A stretch of 64,000 nucleotides of DNA from Salpingoeca rosetta (GCA_033442325.1 JAWQFM010000011.1:1194201-1258200); one strand, 5' to 3'; counted from the stretch's first letter, positions 14,712-32,543 are shown. Made by a program: numbers and translations. The notes: generated by a model not told the origin, from the sequence alone.

Positions 14712-17700
14712 TGGGTGGGGGGTGTCACGTACGGTGCAGTGGGTAAGAGGGGGAGGGGAGCGTGTCATTGTGGTGGGGTGGGGTGGAGAGCGGGCGGGTG
14801 CGAATGATCTGCACACGTCGGCGTCCGTGTCTCTATGCGTGTATGACATGCGTGTATGACATGCGTGTATGACATGCGTGTATGACAACAGGGACCTTCC
14901 CCCTCCCCCTTCTCACCCCCTCACCGGCAAGGACGCGATCGCATTGGTCGCAGCGGAAGCACCAGGGGTGGTACCGCTCGCCGGGGGCAACGGCCATCGT
15001 CACTGTTCGTGGTGATGGTCATGATGACGGTGATGATGGTGATGTGGTGATGTGATGGTCATGTGATGGTCATGTGATGATGGTGACGTCGCGGTCATGT
15101 GATGGTCATGTGGTGGTGATGGGTGAGGTGCGTAAACAAAGATGCCGGGGTCATGTTGCATAAAATGAAAAAGGGCGTGTCATTGTGACAGTGTGCAACA
15201 GAAATACAGAGGCAGAGTTGGAACGAAGCGAACACACACGCAAAACAAACGAAGCCTCCCACAGGCACCACTCAACATTCACCAGCGCGGAAGCAGCACG
15301 ACACCAGCATCACCAGCATCACCAGCATCACCAGCATCACCAGCATCACCAGCGCCACCACGAATACCACCAGCGCCACCATCATCACGTGGCACCTTGC
15401 ATGTCGTTTGCGTGGAGCGGCTGACGGCACTTGTAGCACACGCTGTCCATCTTCACGCGCGACACCTGCCCAAGCTGGTGTGACTGCACCCTGTCATCGC
15501 CACAAGAAAAAACAGCCATTACAAACATGTGTGTGTGCGGCGGGAAAGGGACATGCGTGTGAGCAGCTGGCAGATAAAGCGCCACAACTCCAGACAACAC
15601 AACACGACACACGACACGACAAACACAGCACGACAACAGACGACACGACGACACGACATTGAAAGTGCGCACTTGAGCTTGAGCAGCGCCTCAAACTCCG
15701 GAACTCCCGCTGGCGTGAGACCTGCCGTGCAGACGGCATGTGATCGTCGTCGTCGTGGTCAGTTGTGATGCGGCGTTGCGAGGTTAATGTGGTGCAGGGA
15801 ATAAGATGGGTACACACAGAGGCACACACGGACAGGCAACTGAAAGTGGAAGCACACACACAGCCACACACATACACATACACACACACACACAGCCACA
15901 CACAGCCACACACACGCACACACAGCCAAACATGCGTGACATGCGTTGCCAGGGGTGCTGACGTGTCGGTGGCTTTGGTGATGGATGGCAGTGTCTCACC
16001 GCTGCAGAACTCCGGGTCAAAGTCGTACGCGGGCAGCTGCTCCTCCAACTCCATCAGGAACCGCCGCTCGCCTGACACGCACACACATACGCGCGCGCGC
16101 ATACACACACGCGCATGCGCAGTGATGGTGGTGGTGGTGGTGGTGGTTGTCGTCGTCGTCATGGTGGTGGTGGACGGGTGAGCAAGTACAATCACATTGT
16201 GTGCGCTTATTTATGTGCACAACAGGACGATGATCATGTATGTCGATCACGACCACAATCACGGTGTGCGTACGGACCGTCTGTGCCGGCGACGGGCACC
16301 TCCTGCAGCGGATACGGCGCCTTGAAGAAGTCCACAGCCTGACCAAGTGACGACGCGGTGGGAGTGTGGTGCAGTACGATGGTGGCGTGAGGCACACGCT
16401 AAATCAGACAAGTTGCCACGGTCACACATATCACACATCACACATCACACACACACACATCACACATCACACACACGCGCACACACATCACACATACACA
16501 AGCACACACATACACGCGCGCACACAAACGTGTATGGCACCTCCTCGTTTGATAGCCCCTCTGGTTTCCATGCAAGTGGAAGATCAGGCGTCAGTTCCGG
16601 GACATTCTTACTGCCGAGCTGTGCACGACGACGTGGTGGGTCATGGTAGTAGTGAGAAGGAAGCGAGGATAAAGACAAAAGAAAGACATCATCACCAACT
16701 AGCATACATTGTCAATGCACACCAAAGCAACACGCCAACCCGTCAACCCTTCACGCCACCATGCCACACCTCCTCCTTCCTCGCGTGCTTACCAGGTCCA
16801 CTTCCCCGGCCGTCGTTCGGCGTGCAGGCGCAGATTGCTCTTGTTGCTCTTGTGGTTGTTGTTGTTGTTCTTGTTGTTGTTGTTGTGACTGTTGGTGTTG
16901 CTGCTGGTGTTGTTGCGGTGGATGCTGGCCACCTTGCCGTGGCCCCACCCCAGTGACAGTGTCATACGGCGGTGCACCGTCGTGCGCCTGTGGAACCTCG
17001 CCATCATCATCACCACCACCACCACTGCCACCGCCACGACCTGGCTTTGGCGGGCGCGGTGGGGCCTGCCCCTCCCCGAATCGGGATTGCTGCTGCTGCT
17101 GTTGTTGTTGTCGCAGCTCGTCTTCCGGAATGACATCCAGATATGCGTCGTACTCCTGCGCCATTGGCGGCTGTGCAAGCGGCTGCAGTTGCTGTTGCTG
17201 TTGGTTTTGGTTTTGGTGTTTCTGCTGTGGCAGTGAGCTCGGTGTCATGAACACATATCCAGAGTCAGCGGGCCGCTGCTTCCCCGGCAGCGGTGGCAGC
17301 GGCATTCCGTGCGACGAACGAGACGCCTGCTGCGGCTGCTGCTGTGGTGGTGGCATTTGTTGCGGTGCATCTTGCCGTTGCCGTTGTTGTTGTTGTTGTT
17401 GTTGTTGCTGTTGCGGTGCATCTTGCGGCAGCTGTGGTGGCGGGCGCCGTCGGGATATGGCGGGCTGCGAGGACGGTGACGCGTGCTCCAGGGCACCGCG
17501 AATGCGCTTCACGTGTCCAGAAACAAGGCTGCTGATCTCCTGGGCGCGGCGCTCGCTGGCGCCGACGACCGGGGCGTTGAACCTGCCCCTGAGCGTGTCG
17601 GACAGCTGACCAACCTGCTGTTGCTGCTGCCGTTTTGCATGAAGAGCAACGTGCACCAAGGCGCAAGCGTCGTTCAATAGGTGTGAGCAGAGTGCACAGT

Positions 17701-17775
17701 CTTGGTCTTGGGAAAAAAGAGAGATTGGCGTGCGCAGGCACAACAGTGCGCAAACTTGTGCGCATTTGCAACCGC

Positions 17776-17839
<64 letters not shown>

Positions 17840-18486
17840 CAAACGCATCACACACACGCGCGCGCGCACACACACACACACGCACACACGCACACACGCA
17901 CACACACATCAAACGCATATCACACACACAACCAATGCTTTCTTACAGGCACGCTGGGCTCTGCTTCTTGGGCCTGGTCAACAGGCTCGTGTGAGAAGGG
18001 AGAGCACTTGCAATGGCGACATGACTTGCGCCAGAAGTGCAGCTCAAACCCAGGACACGCATCACCTGCAACACATCAACCATCAGTGCTGTGCTATGAG
18101 TGAACGGCCGGGCGCAGCTTGTATGGCGTAAGCACAACAAGCGCTTGTGTACTCACAAAGCACGCAATGCACTTGCGCCATCCCAACGACTGCACGGAAC
18201 CACCAACACAAGCACACACACACACAAAACACAACAAAGTGTAGGCCACAACAAAAACAGTTGCACGAAACACACGTGCACACAACCACAAACGCACGCA
18301 TACACACAACCACCACGGCCACGACCGTAAAACGACATTCGACCGGGCTGACGCACCGCATTTGAAGCAGGGCTGCCCGGCGTTGATGTCGTGGAAGAGG
18401 ATGCCTTGTTTCAGACCAAGTCCAAGCAAGTGCGACGACTCCTCAAACAAGGTCTTTGTCTTCATGGTCTTGGCTTTGGCCGCCAT
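13959..18486 (-). CDS. Testin/LMCD1-like protein: Cys-rich N-domain, low-complexity linker, PET domain, two LIM domains (multi-exon)
   Basis: [12 protein letters not shown] and [18 protein letters not shown] (testin-type Cys-rich domain); PET motifs LAWKPEGL and [14 protein letters not shown]; LIM1 [18 protein letters not shown]; LIM2 [20 protein letters not shown]. Confidence 0.85.
14835..14886. repeat. Intronic 13-bp minisatellite ATGCGTGTATGAC x4
   Basis: Read directly. Confidence 0.85.
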
Positions 18487-18776
18487 TTTCGGTGTTGCCT
18501 CTTCTTGTCCTGACGACAACGAACACGGTTTCTGCTACGGCACTAACGCGCACACCTTGAATGGCTCGTGCTAACGTGTCTCCTTGCCTCGGACTACTCC
18601 AGGGAGTGGTGGAAGTGCTGTTGCCGACTCTGCTGTGCACCCACCAAACCTCAAGTCGGGGACGTCGCAACAACACCTCAACAACAACACCTCAGCCTCG
18701 TCAGCGTTGCTTGTTGTGACGATATTTGATATAAATCATTCGCCGTATTTCTACAATCACCTCGAAACCGCCGACG

Positions 18777-18908
18777 ATGAAGAAAACAACAACATGGAGC
18801 AGCACGCCTGCTGTTGTTGCCGGGGTGCTGGTGATGGTGGTGGTGACCGTGGGCGTGTGCACAATGCTGATGCAGGATGAGCGCTGGCAAGTGTTTGGCC
18901 CATCGTCA

Positions 18909-18939
<31 letters not shown>

Positions 18940-19113
18940 TGTCGTTGTCGTCAAATTCGCTGGGGCACACGTCTGGCTTACTTGCACGGCGAAGCCCAGA
19001 TGCAGAGGAGGATCAGCGAAAACACGGTCTTGCGCCTGTGGCGTTGCCAGCACGATACGAGAAACCATACAACCCACCATCCTTGCAGGATGTCCTGGAG
19101 CTGCAACAACAGC

Positions 19114-19195
<82 letters not shown>

Positions 19196-20395
19196 GAAGG
19201 GTGGGAGCAAGAGCAGCATCGACGACAGGAACAGGAGCAGCATGAGCAGTAGCAATGCAACGACAGGGGACAGCAGCTCGATGCGAAAGCTGCAGCAGAC
19301 AGAAGAGCGGCAGTCGCCGTCGGCCAGTGCGCTGGCGATGCTGAAGTGGGAGGATGGAGACCTGCCCACAAGTCCGTGGGAATATTGGACAGAACGCAGC
19401 GGGCATTGGGCGCCGATTGTCGATCACGAGCACAAGATCATCCTGTGCACCATCACCAAGGCGGCGTGCACGGCGTGGCGCAAGTTCATGCGGCGCCTGA
19501 AGGGGTTTAAGGACTGGGACACGAACGACGAGCGCATCACGCACAACTACGGCGGCCGCCAGTCTGGCCTCACCTACCTCAGCGCATATTCCACGCTGGA
19601 GGCAGACAAGCTGATGAACGACCCTTCCTACTTCAAGGCGGTTGTGGTGCGCAACCCACTCACGCGCGTGCTGAGTGCATGGAAGGACAAGTATGGCCCC
19701 AACAGCGTTCATCACTGGGGGAACATCAAGTGGGACAAGTTTGCACTCAACAACGTCCATGCAGGTGGGTAGGGGGTTGCGTGGGTGTGTGTGCATTTGC
19801 TTGTTTGGTTGTTCGTTTGTGCGTGTGCGTGTGCGTGTGTGTATGCATTTCGTTGTTTGTTTGTTGGTTTGTTTGTGCGTGCGTGTGTGTGTGTGTGTAT
19901 GCATTTGCTTGTTTGGTTGTGTGCTTGTTTGTTGGTTGGTTTGTTTGCTTGCTTGTGTCGAGGGCTTCCTTCTCTGGTTCTCATTTGTTCAATTGTTGCG
20001 CATTTCACGCGCTACTGGTGGCGGTAGGGTGCCGTGGGGACGAGCACTGGATGCAGCAGTCGTGCTTCTGCGGGTTGCGGCGGTGGAAGTATGACCGCGT
20101 TGCCCATATGGAGGGCGATGGCATGCAGCGTCTGGCAAAGGAGATGGTGTCACGCGGCAACGTGCCGAGCGACTTTGTCAACAACGGGTGGGGCGAGAAG
20201 CGGGACGAGGCGTTTCTGCAAAGCAACACGGTGTTCCACCGCACGGGCGCATCAACCAAGGCGGCGTCGTACTATGGCGTAAAGTCGCATCCCGGTGTGC
20301 TGAAGCACGTGGTGGCTGCACACAAGGAGGACATTGTGCGGTTTGGGTACGAGGAGGAAGTGGCTGCGCTCATCGACGCGGCGAGCGAACACTGA
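18777..20395 (+). CDS. Golgi-type carbohydrate sulfotransferase (Sulfotransfer_2 / HNK-1ST/CHST8-14-like), 2 exons (18777-19764, 20028-20395)
   Basis: Type II TM near the N-terminus, Ser/polyQ stem, 5'-PSB motif LCTITKAACTAW, 3'-PB motif VRNPLTRVLSAWKDK, HWMQQS and a C-terminal DIVRFGY. Confidence 0.87.
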
Positions 20396-20844
20396 TGTGG
20401 TTGTGATGGTGGTTGTAATTGTTGTGTGAGTATTGTTGTGACTGTGGTTGTGACTGTAAATGTTGTGGTTGTGATGGGTGTGGTTGTGGTGATTGTAATT
20501 GTGGTGCTTGTGGTTGTGGTTGAAGTTGTGCAACGTCATCTTGGCCAGCAGCAATTAATGGTTGGAAGCAGTAAACAATCACGACTGGCACTTTGCATCG
20601 TGACACATAGAGGGTCGTTTATAATGTGATGTGATGCACGTGCCATCTGTCCTAACGAAATTCAAAGCTCGTCTCCACGACAAACGCGCCGAGAAAATAA
20701 TTTGGAGAGGGGGGGGAGGGGGAGTGCAGTGTCGCCATGCAGTGAGGGGAGTCACGAGCAGGGCAAAGTGCATGCGTCACAACGTCACACTACAGATGGT
20801 GACACGTGTGTGTCTTGTGGCCGTCCCTGCTCCACAGCTGACCC

Positions 20845-21197
20845 TTAATTGCCAGCGCCATTGTTTCCGGCACCATCACCATCATCATCACCATCACCAT
20901 CACCATCATCATCACCGTCGGGTCCGCGCTGCAGGATGGTGGTCAGAGCATCGCTGTAGTCGTCACTCCACGACCCAAATCTGAGGAAAAAGGCGGGGGC
21001 GTGAGAAGTCGGCGATGGTCAAGGGATGTGCAGCGCTCGTTTTCACGAGTACGTCTGCAACTTGGAGGTGCAATGCCCTTGCAGCACCCCCCCCCCCTCC
21101 GTGCATGATACAGTGCACCGTACACGTGCGCTTACAAAGTTCCGCACACACACACACACCACTCACTCACACACACACCACTCACTCACGCGCACGC

Positions 21198-21237
<40 letters not shown>

Positions 21238-22363
21238 CCTGCGAGAAAATACCTGATGGTAAAGTCGTCGCTATCTTGCGTGTATGCGTGAAAGTCTGCA
21301 TCGCGCGTGCACTCGTCCACGTCCAGCTGCGCCCGGCGCACATCTTCAACGCCGTCGCCCCCATACCGGTGCTGCGCAATGCTGGCAATGGTCACGGACG
21401 CAAGCGCATCGCACACCTGCGACAGGAGCAGCCACAGTCGGTCCGAGGACCTGCGCACGCGGTTGAGGCAGGGTGTATGCGTGGTTGAGGGAGATGGTGG
21501 GAGTGAGCGTGAGGGTGGAAAGGTTTGATGGTTTGGTACACCAAGCAAAGGTGCAACAGCAGGCATGCGCACGCACACACGCACACGCACACACACACAC
21601 GCACACACACGCACACACACACGCACGCACCACACACACACACACACGCACACACACGCACACACACACGCACGCACACACACGCACACACACGCACACA
21701 CGCACGCACGCACGTCCATATTTGTCGGGAACCAAACGCTTCGTGCGTGAGATCAAAGGTGCCCTCGCTGTCAACGAGAGGATGGATCAGCTTTGACAGT
21801 ACGCGGACAATCTAGGCAGCACAAGAGCAAATGCGGTGGTGCGCAGGTGCTAGTGAGCACGTAAGGCAGTTTGCTGTTGGCAAGCACAAGCAAGGTGTGT
21901 TGCACGACGGCTTTAGCACATGTGTGTGTGTCTCCATAACTAGCCACGCGCGCACGCACGCAAGCACGAGATGAGACGCACTGACAGGGAGTGCGCGATC
22001 GTTGGGGAAGAGCGGTGGAAGGAGCAGCTGCATCTTGATGAGGGCATGCGCGTACACACCCGCACTGACAAACACGGCCAAGTCCCAGGCTGCACAAGGC
22101 ACGCGTGGTTGGTTGTGAGGTGGGTGAGGTGGAGAGGGGCGCGTTGTGCTGGCATATGAAGATACCAGGATCTCAGTGGCATACGAGCACACGTTCGCAT
22201 GCATGAGGTGCACCACACCACAACACACACACACACACATCACACACATCACACACACACACATCACACGATCCATGCACACCAACATTGACCCATACCG
22301 AGCGGGTCATCGCTGCGTGGGAGAATGAAGAGCTTTCGATCAACCAGCCGTTTACACAGTGTA
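20845..22363 (-). CDS. AKTIP: AKTIP/Fused-toes-like ubiquitin E2 variant, 5' end lost at the gap (exons 22363-22299, 22089-21986, 21811-21714, 21450-21253, 20980-20845)
   Basis: The spliced product has [41 protein letters not shown] (Asp in place of the catalytic Cys), RLWLLL and DDFTIRFGSW, recalling AKTIP motifs. Intron phases are compatible. Confidence 0.72.
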
Positions 22364-22499
22364 CTGCACAAGGCAAGCGGACGGTGTGGTGTCAACAAGC
22401 AAGAGAGTGAGAAGCGAGGCCGACGAAAGTAGGCGCCAAGCAAGCAAGCAACACACACACACGTGCACACACACACACACGTGCCCAACACACACACAC

Positions 22500-22599
22500 N
22501 NNNNNNNNNNNNNNNNNNNNNNNNNNNNNNNNNNNNNNNNNNNNNNNNNNNNNNNNNNNNNNNNNNNNNNNNNNNNNNNNNNNNNNNNNNNNNNNNNNN
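22500..22599. other. Assembly gap flanked by (CA)n and (GT)n; hides the 5' ends of two divergent genes
   Basis: Run of 100 N. Confidence 0.99.
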
Positions 22600-22662
<63 letters not shown>

Positions 22663-22879
22663 TGTGTCTGTGTCTGTGTGTGTCTGTGTCTGTGTGTGTG
22701 TGTGTCTGTGTGTGTGGTGATGTGTACGTTGTACGCTGATGCCCTTCGAGCCATATCCGTCCCTGCCTGCCCTGTGTTGTAGTAATGCCACAATCCCCTT
22801 TGTGTTGTCTGCATGCACTGAATGTTGACGATTCTTGTGCCTTCCCTCACGCTCCATCTGCCTCTCCCCATCACACCAG

Positions 22880-23324
22880 ACACGCTCGTGTCGTGGTTGC
22901 CGCTGTACTATCTGCTGAAGCTGCTGGTTCTTGCTGCGTGCATGTACCCGGACCGCAAGCGCAACCTCAGCCACATCCTCTACTACAGCCTCATCCGCCC
23001 ATACCTCCTCAAGAAGCAATCGGTAACTTTGTGTGTGTTGGGGGGGGTGGGGGTGGATAGGTGTGTGTGTGTGTGTGTGTGTTGTGTGTTTGGAGCTGGC
23101 TTACAGTTTGCGTGTTTATGTGTTTATGTGTGTGTGCTCATCTTGTTTGCCATGCACTTAGCTTCTTGTTTCGCTTTCTCGGCACGCGTGGCCTCTGATT
23201 CACCCGCTTGTCCCTTTTTCTTGACCGCCATTTCCAGATTGTGGACAGCGGAATGCGCGCATCTGCAAACGCCTTCCGCAACGCTGCAAAGGTTGTGGAT
23301 GACGCTGCCGCCAAGCGCGACTGA
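22880..23324 (+). CDS. TB2/DP1/HVA22 (REEP/Yop1) family, 3' exons only (22880-23022, 23238-23324)
   Basis: DTLVSWLPLYYLLKLLVLAACMYP...ILYYSLIRPYLLK matches the C-terminal half of the TB2_DP1_HVA22 domain. Confidence 0.75.
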
Positions 23325-23645
23325 GTCAACAGCCACGAACAGATGCAAGAAACGAAGACCGTGTGCGCTGTCCCGTGACAACCACGGGTAACGTGTCTGT
23401 TCTTCCTTCCTTCATTCCCATCTTCCTTCCTTCCTTCCTTTGTTCTGATGCGATGTGATGCGGAAGTGGCCTACCTGTCGTTCATGTGCTGTGGGTGCTT
23501 GCCATGCTGACTCTTGTGTTTGTGCGAGTGCGTCGTCGTTCCTGCCCTGTTCCACACACACCTCTGCATACACAGCCCGCACAAAGCGAAGAGCGACAAG
23601 AGCAAGAAGAGCGAAAAGGCATTTTTGCCTTTGCACAAAAAGGTC

Positions 23646-23694
23646 AAAATTGACTTGAGGATTTTGGCGCGCTCGGGATTCAAAACCGCGCAAA
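23646..23694 (+). promoter_or_regulatory. Candidate E2F/CHR-like elements upstream of PRIM2
   Basis: TTTTGGCGCG (23662-23671), TTCAAA (reverse of TTTGAA, 23679-23684) and CCGCGCAAA, about 170-200 bp upstream of the ATG. Confidence 0.5.
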
Positions 23695-23858
23695 CACAGC
23701 AGCAGATACAAAGCACACACCTGCACACACACCTGCACTCACAGGACACACAGATCAACTAACAGCGAGCGGAGGAGCCGCTGTGGAGCCGCAGAGGTTG
23801 GAAGCCAACACGTCAAGTGAGCAGTTGCAACGTGAACACGTGAAACACAAAGCAAACG

Positions 23859-28906
<5,048 letters not shown>

Positions 28907-29288
28907 CCCCTGCATGTGCACCAACATGTTATCGCACTCCCCCCCCCTGGTGTCCCTCCAAGCTTAACAACACCCCTCCCGGCTTTTCTTCTTTCGTAAC
29001 TGCATGCTTTGTTCCATTCATGTCATTTCCCGTGTGTGCTCCTGCAGTGTGATTGCGTTCACCTCATGTCCCGCCCTTTCGCTTGACTTAAACAACCACA
29101 TGGCTGACGCGTTTAACGTGCTGTTGTATTGTCGGACGGATGAACTGGAAGATGCTGAGGGACGGTGATGGAGAGATGGAGATGAATCATTGCACTGCAT
29201 GCCAAGAAACAAGCAGTGGTGTGACTGTCAAGAACAAACTGGCTGGAGCTTGGAGAAACAGGCATCATGAGAGTGCCAAGAGCAAGCG

Positions 29289-29341
<53 letters not shown>

Positions 29342-29469
29342 CACACACACACACACACACGACACACACACACACACGCACACACACGACACACACGACA
29401 CACACGCACACAAACGCACAAACGCACGCACGCACACACGACACAAACGCACAGAGGACGTGTGCCGGT

Positions 29470-29904
29470 TTAGAGGAAAGGCTTGATGCATGTGGCCAGG
29501 GCCATGCCAAGGAGGCCGATCAGGCCAATGTAGCCAAAGGTGCCGCGAAGGCGCTTCTTCGGGTCGCCGGTGCAGTAGCCGCCAAAGTATGCAATGCGCG
29601 CGACAATCCAAATCTGGCCGGCAATGGCGGCATAAGTCGGGAAGCTGACGCTGGCAAGGGCAAGGAGGGAGAGGAAGGTGGGCGAGTTCTCGACGGAGTT
29701 CTGGTGCGCGCGCTGGGTGCAGTTGTACTCGAGGAGGGCCTTCTCATCCTTGATGTTGCCGTCGCCGATGCGCGCGTACATGGTCGGATATGCAACCTGG
29801 AACTTGCGGCGCGCCTTGCCCACGCGGTGGGCCATCCACGCAATGACCAGCGCGTACTCGATGGTCACCAGACCAACGAATGCATACTCCTTGGAAAGCT
29901 CCAT
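29470..29904 (-). CDS. MGST3: MAPEG family (microsomal glutathione S-transferase 3-like), intronless
   Basis: VGKARRKFQVAYPTMYA, YNCTQRAHQNSVE, ARIAYFGGYCTGDPKKRLRG; four hydrophobic segments. Confidence 0.92.
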   Translation of the reverse strand: MELSKEYAFVGLVTIEYALVIAWMAHRVGKARRKFQVAYPTMYARIGDGNIKDEKALLEYNCTQRAHQNSVENSPTFLSLLALASVSFPTYAAIAGQIWIVARIAYFGGYCTGDPKKRLRGTFGYIGLIGLLGMALATCIKPFL

Positions 29905-30500
29905 TGTGTTGTTGGAACGTTTGTGTGTGCAAAGTGTCGGGCTGTTGTTGTTGTTGGTGGTGGTGGTGGTGGTGGTCCTGGTGAGTGTTGTCGTTGTTGT
30001 TGGATGGCCTGTTCAAGTGTTCACTGTCCAGGTGATGTGAAATGTGATGTGAGAGTGAACAAAGAAAATGAATGCATATGACGAGCAAACTGTGAGCGAC
30101 CAGTCACTGTTGTGTTTGGTCTTGTGATGTGTGATGACACGAGGTTGTTGTCGTGTACGTGGCACGGCGTTGTCACACAACATCACTGTCACAAACATGA
30201 CACCACACACCACACAGCCCACCCGCGCCCAGCACTGAGCGTCATCCTGCATCACCACCCTCGCATCCCCAGCCCCAACACCCAACACGTCATCATCATC
30301 ATCTCACCTCTGGCAATCAAAAATAAAAAAATTTGTTGCAGTGGAAGGTTCCAAAAACGGCCACAGACAGCCACGACACGCGACATACAGACATATGGTG
30401 TCCAAGAAATAAGCAAAAGAATATACCAACATCCACATTCAACAACCACCTCCACATCGCCCCCCCCCCCCACACACACACACCACCACCACCACTCGCC

Positions 30501-32543
30501 ATGACTGTGCTTGATGCGTTGACGGCGTTTGTGCGCTCGGGAGAAGAGGGCACGGATGTGCCGGAGACGCTGACCAGCGATCGCGAGGCGACGGCTGCAG
30601 CCATCCTGGAACTGACCGAGGAGGCTGAACCCCTGCTATCGAAGGAAGATGCGAGCGAAGAGACACGTGGACAACAGCAGCGCCTGTGTGCTGCCATTGC
30701 AGAGGTGTGCAAGGATGAGGAAGCCCGCGCCAAGCTCACGGCTTCCCCGGCGCTCATGCAAAGCGTGCACGAGACGCTGAGCGCCGCGTGCGCTCAGGAA
30801 GCCCTGCCCGTGGTTGTGCAGTGCCTCCGCGCCATCGGCAACATGTGCTTCGACAACGACGCCGCGCGGCAGGCGCTGCGCAGCACCAACGGTGTCGCCG
30901 CCCTCGGCACTGCCTTGCAGGTCATCGTACGCCACGCTGCACGCGCAAGCGAGAACCAGCAGGACCAGCAGCAGCCACAGCCACAGGTGCAGCTCATGGC
31001 GGGGCCAGGCTCCATCCTGAACGCCGCGGGCGAGAGCGAGGAGCTGCAGAAGGAGCTGGTGGAGGCCGGCGTCGTGGACAACCTCATGTGGCTGCTGTCC
31101 AACGCGCCGACAGAGCAGGAGAAGGACATGGCGCTGAACGCGCTCATGCGGTTCACGCCTGTTGAGAAGGCCATGCAGCAGCTGGCCACGACAACGCACC
31201 TCTCAACGCTCATCTCGCGTCTGGAGGCGTGCAGCGACGTGGAGGACGCAGACTCCCTCGGTGAGCTGCTCAAGCAGATCACCAACAACGACAAGAACCT
31301 GCCTGCGTTTGCAGAGGACCCCGCCTTGATCCATAGGCTCATGGCGCTGGCGCAGGTCGGCGCTGGCGCTGCAGATGAAGTGCCAATCACGCGTGCGCGC
31401 GTGGTCGCGGCGGGCGTCGTTGCGGTGCTGCTCAGCGACGACGCGTGCCTGGCTGTGCTGTGGGGCAACGACAAGCACCGCGACGAGCTTCTCACGGCGC
31501 TGCGCTCGTGGATGGAGCCCGCCCTCGCAACGTCGGCGGCGAAACAGCGAGCAGAGCACGCGGGCGAGGCTGTCGCAGGAGAAGCAGCGCAGAGCGAGAA
31601 CCAGGGCAGCCAGGCACTCCAGCCGCGGCCGCACGCGGGCGAAGGTGAGGAGGTGTCGCCTCTCGCGGCACTGTCTGACCCGGCCATGCGCCAGGTGGTG
31701 GACAAGGCCGTGGCAGGCCTCATTGGCATCGGCAACATCTGCCGCTCCGACGACAACGCGCGCGTGCTCGGGGAGACGCCAGGCCTGCTGCCGGCACTGG
31801 TTGCCCTGTCCACCCACAACCTGGGCTTCGTGCAGCACGCGGCGCTCGGGGCGCTGAACAACGTGGTCAAGCTCAAAGACAACCGCAACAAGGCGGTGGA
31901 TGCTGGCGCTGTGGACGCCCTCCTGCGCGTGATGAACGATCCGCAGGCGCCTCTGCAATACCTGGCGTGCTCCTCGCTTCGCATCCTGAGCAGCGCAGAC
32001 AGCCGCGACCTGCACACGCGCGTGGCGACGGACACAGACGTGCTGCACCGCATCATCCACCTCACGGGCAGCGAGGTGATGGCGGCGCGTGGGGAGGCCA
32101 TGCGACTGCTGGTGACGGTGGTCAAGACAGGGCGGGCTGCTGAGATTATCGCGCCCATTGTCACTGGCGGCGCCGTGGATGTGTTTGTGCGCATGCTGCA
32201 GGAGGAGCACCCGCTCTTCAAGTGCGAGGGCATGATCGGGCTGGCCGTTGCGTCCGCTGCGGGAGACGAGTGCGAACAGCTGCTGCTGGCGAACGACGGC
32301 GCCCCGCTCACGGCAGCAATGGACCAGGTCCAGCAGACGGAGATGGTGGAGCTTGGCCTCAACTTCCTCGCCGCGCTGACACAGCTCATCCAGAACAGGG
32401 GCGCGGCTGTTACCGCCCTCCCCGTCACCCAGCGCGCCGCCACCTTTGCACGGGAGCGGCTTCGTCTCGTGCCGGAACCAGCGGTGCAGGCGCAGGTCAG
32501 GCAGTTCCTCAGCCTCATCGATGCTGGCGACGACAACAAGTGA
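30501..32543 (+). CDS. RAP1GDS1: Armadillo-repeat GTPase-GDP dissociation stimulator (SmgGDS-like), intronless
   Basis: RAIGNMCFDND, IGNICRSDDN, VQHAALGALNN and ARGEAMRLL recall SmgGDS ARM repeats. ATG at 30501. Confidence 0.8.
   Translation: MTVLDALTAFVRSGEEGTDVPETLTSDREATAAAILELTEEAEPLLSKEDASEETRGQQQRLCAAIAEVCKDEEARAKLTASPALMQSVHETLSAACAQEALPVVVQCLRAIGNMCFDNDAARQALRSTNGVAALGTALQVIVRHAARASENQQDQQQPQPQVQLMAGPGSILNAAGESEELQKELVEAGVVDNLMWLLSNAPTEQEKDMALNALMRFTPVEKAMQQLATTTHLSTLISRLEACSDVEDADSLGELLKQITNNDKNLPAFAEDPALIHRLMALAQVGAGAADEVPITRARVVAAGVVAVLLSDDACLAVLWGNDKHRDELLTALRSWMEPALATSAAKQRAEHAGEAVAGEAAQSENQGSQALQPRPHAGEGEEVSPLAALSDPAMRQVVDKAVAGLIGIGNICRSDDNARVLGETPGLLPALVALSTHNLGFVQHAALGALNNVVKLKDNRNKAVDAGAVDALLRVMNDPQAPLQYLACSSLRILSSADSRDLHTRVATDTDVLHRIIHLTGSEVMAARGEAMRLLVTVVKTGRAAEIIAPIVTGGAVDVFVRMLQEEHPLFKCEGMIGLAVASAAGDECEQLLLANDGAPLTAAMDQVQQTEMVELGLNFLAALTQLIQNRGAAVTALPVTQRAATFARERLRLVPEPAVQAQVRQFLSLIDAGDDNK

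Noticed and set aside
29470-29904. MAPEG, sulfotransferase and patatin as extra members of the terpenoid cluster
   Set aside because: They are 10-30 kb away and separated by MEK, testin and PRIM2 housekeeping genes.
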